From contig OY843751.1 of assembly GCA_963693055.1 (NCBI GenBank), positions 5,696,001-5,760,000 of the forward strand: a stretch of 64,000 nucleotides of DNA, in the 5' to 3' direction. The translations under genes were made by a program, and so were the position numbers. The notes under the pieces were generated by a model. It did not search any database and had not been told where the DNA came from. It saw only the letters and a list, made by a program, of their open reading frames with translations. The stretch is from a bacterium (GTDB lineage Bacteria > Zhuqueibacterota > Zhuqueibacteria > Residuimicrobiales > Krinioviventaceae). This document shows, in pieces, positions 61,637-64,000 of the stretch. The first letter of the stretch is position 1; each line of letters opens with the position of its first letter.

Positions 61637-61683
61637 TTAACACTCCCGTTAATTAATAAAAAACAGCTAGTTTTAATGACATT

Positions 61684-61699
61684 GTCAAATATCATACCA
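61684..61699 (-). promoter_or_regulatory. Possible variant sigma54 promoter for glnK-amtB
   Basis: TGGTATGATATTTGAC is GG-N10-GA, with a non-canonical -12. Confidence 0.4.
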
Positions 61700-61973
61700 A
61701 AATCGAAAGCATACACAAGTGCTTGTTTTGAAAGAAGTTACAAGAAATAAGGTGAAATATTTCCCTACATAAATGGAGTAAAAAAATAAATAAACTACAT
61801 TTTTGTATATTACAAAAAACGCAATAACACAAACATTTTTAATTTATCACGGCATGTTATGCTGTTTTTTATAGACTTGTGAATAGTTGTTGTAACCGGG
61901 AAAATCAAAAGGAAGGCATGAAAACTACTATTTTGAAAGAATAAATAAAAAATCCTACAAAAATGAATATTTC

Positions 61974-61999
61974 AAAAAAGGCCGCGTTCGGCCTTTTTT
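61974..61999 (-). terminator. Rho-independent terminator
   Basis: A6-GGCCG CGTT CGGCC-T6 downstream of the 62015 stop. Confidence 0.8.
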
Positions 62000-62014
62000 G
62001 AAATTATTACACTT

Positions 62015-64000
62015 TTACTTGACCAAGGTCATCTTTTTTATCAAATTACAATTTTCCGCTTCAAACTTGTAAAAATAAATCCCACTAGGTACATGCTTTG
62101 AATCCCAAACAACCTCGTATCTCCCTGCATTTCGCTGACCATTCACCAAAACCTCTACCTCCCGGCCTAAAAGATCGTACACAGCCAGCTTTGCATGGCC
62201 TTTTTCAGCCATTGTAAATCCAATCCGGGTTAACGGATTAAATGGATTTGGATAATTTTCTTCAAGACTAAATTGAAATGGTGAATTTGCATTGCCTTCC
62301 ACTATATCCGTCATCACAACTGAGGGTAAAGTCCGCCCAGCCTCCCGCTTCTTTCCCTCTTTATCAGCCAGATAGACATTGACCCAATCAGGACGACTGG
62401 GACGATAATATTGAAGAATTTCTCCCCATTCGCTATCCGTTAATCGCTTATAATTATTTGTAATCAATTCGTAATATGACATTACCGGTCCGGTAAACAG
62501 CATCGGCTCAAAATTGTTTGAAGGAGAAGGTGCTATAAAGAACCCCATATTAAAATTTCCGGTCCCAACATGCAGAACTTTACCCACTGGTACTCCATTT
62601 TCATCTGTCGGCTGGGTGTGAACATCTGCAACAGGGGTTTCTCCGAAAAACAAACCCTGTTCACTGTAAATAAAGTCATTATACCAGCCCATTTTTGACC
62701 GCTCTCCGCAAATACCCGGATAGTAAAGCATATTTTGCAAAAACTCAACTTCCGTATCTGAAAACGGTTCCTGGCTTAATTCCTTTTCAACGATCACTTT
62801 GAGTTTTCCCGCGGCAAGTCCCAAATTTGTAAAATATAACGGGATCGAATTTGATATTTGACCTTCCTGGGCATATACTGAAAAATAATCGTAAGCTTTT
62901 TCGGCAAAATCCTTAATTCTGGTATATAATCCGGGGCACGGTTCTATAAAAGAGTGAGGATATGAGCACCCTGTAACACTCGCGTATGACTGTTTTGTAT
63001 ACAACAGGTTGTCATGCCGCAATTGCGCCCAGGATGCCAGTTGTGTGTTCAGTTTCTTCTGCTGCCAGGCAGCCGACTGCATCATTAATGGATATCCGGA
63101 CAAGTCCTCTTCTGGGTTCAAGGCCCGAATGGCATTCAACCAGACATTATATAAAGATTTTTCCCAGAACTCGTCATCATAACTGTCTACCAGATATCGT
63201 AACCCTGCCAGATTCTGTGAATAATGATATTGCTCGAGCTCTTCGCGCAGCAACGGCAGTGCGTTGTTGTTGCCCAAAACAAACATAGCGTCCATCGGGT
63301 CAGGCATGGGTCTCCATATCTTTTCACCGTTAAAAGTGATCTGGTCAAACACAATATTTGAAAAAACATAAGAATCGATCATAAAGCGCTGACCCATTAA
63401 TTTATAGGAAACCGGCAGCGCGCCGGGTTTCGGATCAAAGGGATCCATCTTAAGGATTGAAGACAAAATCTTTTGCCCAAACTCATCAGAACTGGTGAGA
63501 ATTTCCTGAAATGCCGCTACACTGGCACTGTCTGCAATAGATGAAACCGTTATATTGTTTTCAGTATTAACCGATTCCAGTTCCGACGGGGTCAGATTAT
63601 CACTTTCACCGGTAAAAAAGGCGATCATTTCATTGATCTCTGCCAGTTTTGACCAACCGTCCGACAGACTCAAAAGCTCATTCATCAACAGTGACGTCTG
63701 CGCCATTCTTTTAATTTCATCCCATTCCCAGAGAGTTTCCCATGGATTTGCAGGCGGAGCTGTCAGAAAGAACTCGATTCTGCCCAGCCACATCATGGTC
63801 TGAAAATATCCTTCAAGGCCTATATCTTCATACTCACTTTTCACATAATGTCCCCGTACGGTAAACTGACTGAAATCAATATCTCTATCTCTTTCCGAAA
63901 ACAGGGGCAGGTTTACGGCCTGTTCCGCTTCAATTGCCGTCCACACCTGTTCAAAATTTGTCACCCATCCTGTTTTTGGCTGCATTTGCTGCTGATTATA
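62015..64000 (-). CDS. DUF3160-like secreted protein with T9SS-type tail (5' end outside the window)
   Basis: DFSQFTVRGHY, MMWLGR, LASWAQLRHDNLLY.KQSY, VADVHT, GPVMSYYE and YPNPFNP. The frame is open to the window end. Confidence 0.8.
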   Translation of the reverse strand, partial: YNQQQMQPKTGWVTNFEQVWTAIEAEQAVNLPLFSERDRDIDFSQFTVRGHYVKSEYEDIGLEGYFQTMMWLGRIEFFLTAPPANPWETLWEWDEIKRMAQTSLLMNELLSLSDGWSKLAEINEMIAFFTGESDNLTPSELESVNTENNITVSSIADSASVAAFQEILTSSDEFGQKILSSILKMDPFDPKPGALPVSYKLMGQRFMIDSYVFSNIVFDQITFNGEKIWRPMPDPMDAMFVLGNNNALPLLREELEQYHYSQNLAGLRYLVDSYDDEFWEKSLYNVWLNAIRALNPEEDLSGYPLMMQSAAWQQKKLNTQLASWAQLRHDNLLYTKQSYASVTGCSYPHSFIEPCPGLYTRIKDFAEKAYDYFSVYAQEGQISNSIPLYFTNLGLAAGKLKVIVEKELSQEPFSDTEVEFLQNMLYYPGICGERSKMGWYNDFIYSEQGLFFGETPVADVHTQPTDENGVPVGKVLHVGTGNFNMGFFIAPSPSNNFEPMLFTGPVMSYYELITNNYKRLTDSEWGEILQYYRPSRPDWVNVYLADKEGKKREAGRTLPSVVMTDIVEGNANSPFQFSLEENYPNPFNPLTRIGFTMAEKGHAKLAVYDLLGREVEVLVNGQRNAGRYEVVWDSKHVPSGIYFYKFEAENCNLIKKMTLVK

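Overview
Chromosomal window from a Gram-negative, FCB-type bacterium. Three proteins carry YPNPFN-type C-terminal sorting tails, and many have Tat, Sec or lipoprotein signals; a KSB1/Calditrichota-like lineage is inferred, not proven. Core or metabolic genes include a HAD-SerA fusion, a DnaQ-like exonuclease, nadE, rfbB/nucleotide-sugar dehydrogenase/wecB/SLBB exporter, glnK-amtB and beta-carbonic anhydrase. Glycan enzymes include GH78, GH92, a sulfatase and a DUF6807-ThuA-Gfo/Idh/MocA cluster. Accessory elements are an AT-rich DarTG module, an intact IS4 (20-bp IRs, 9-bp TSD) inserted in a 176-bp palindromic element, a dead Y1 transposase beside two REPIN-like copies, and several duplication or deletion scars. 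The best candidates for new biology are (1) an Omp85-like barrel co-encoded with an exported HipA/PI4K-like kinase lipoprotein, (2) an orphan curlin-repeat gene behind a near-consensus sigma54 promoter, and (3) a three-copy family of unknown outer-membrane barrels, two of which lead a TonB-receptor operon. No rRNA, tRNA or CRISPR array was seen. All family calls come from motifs recognised by eye; no database searches were run.
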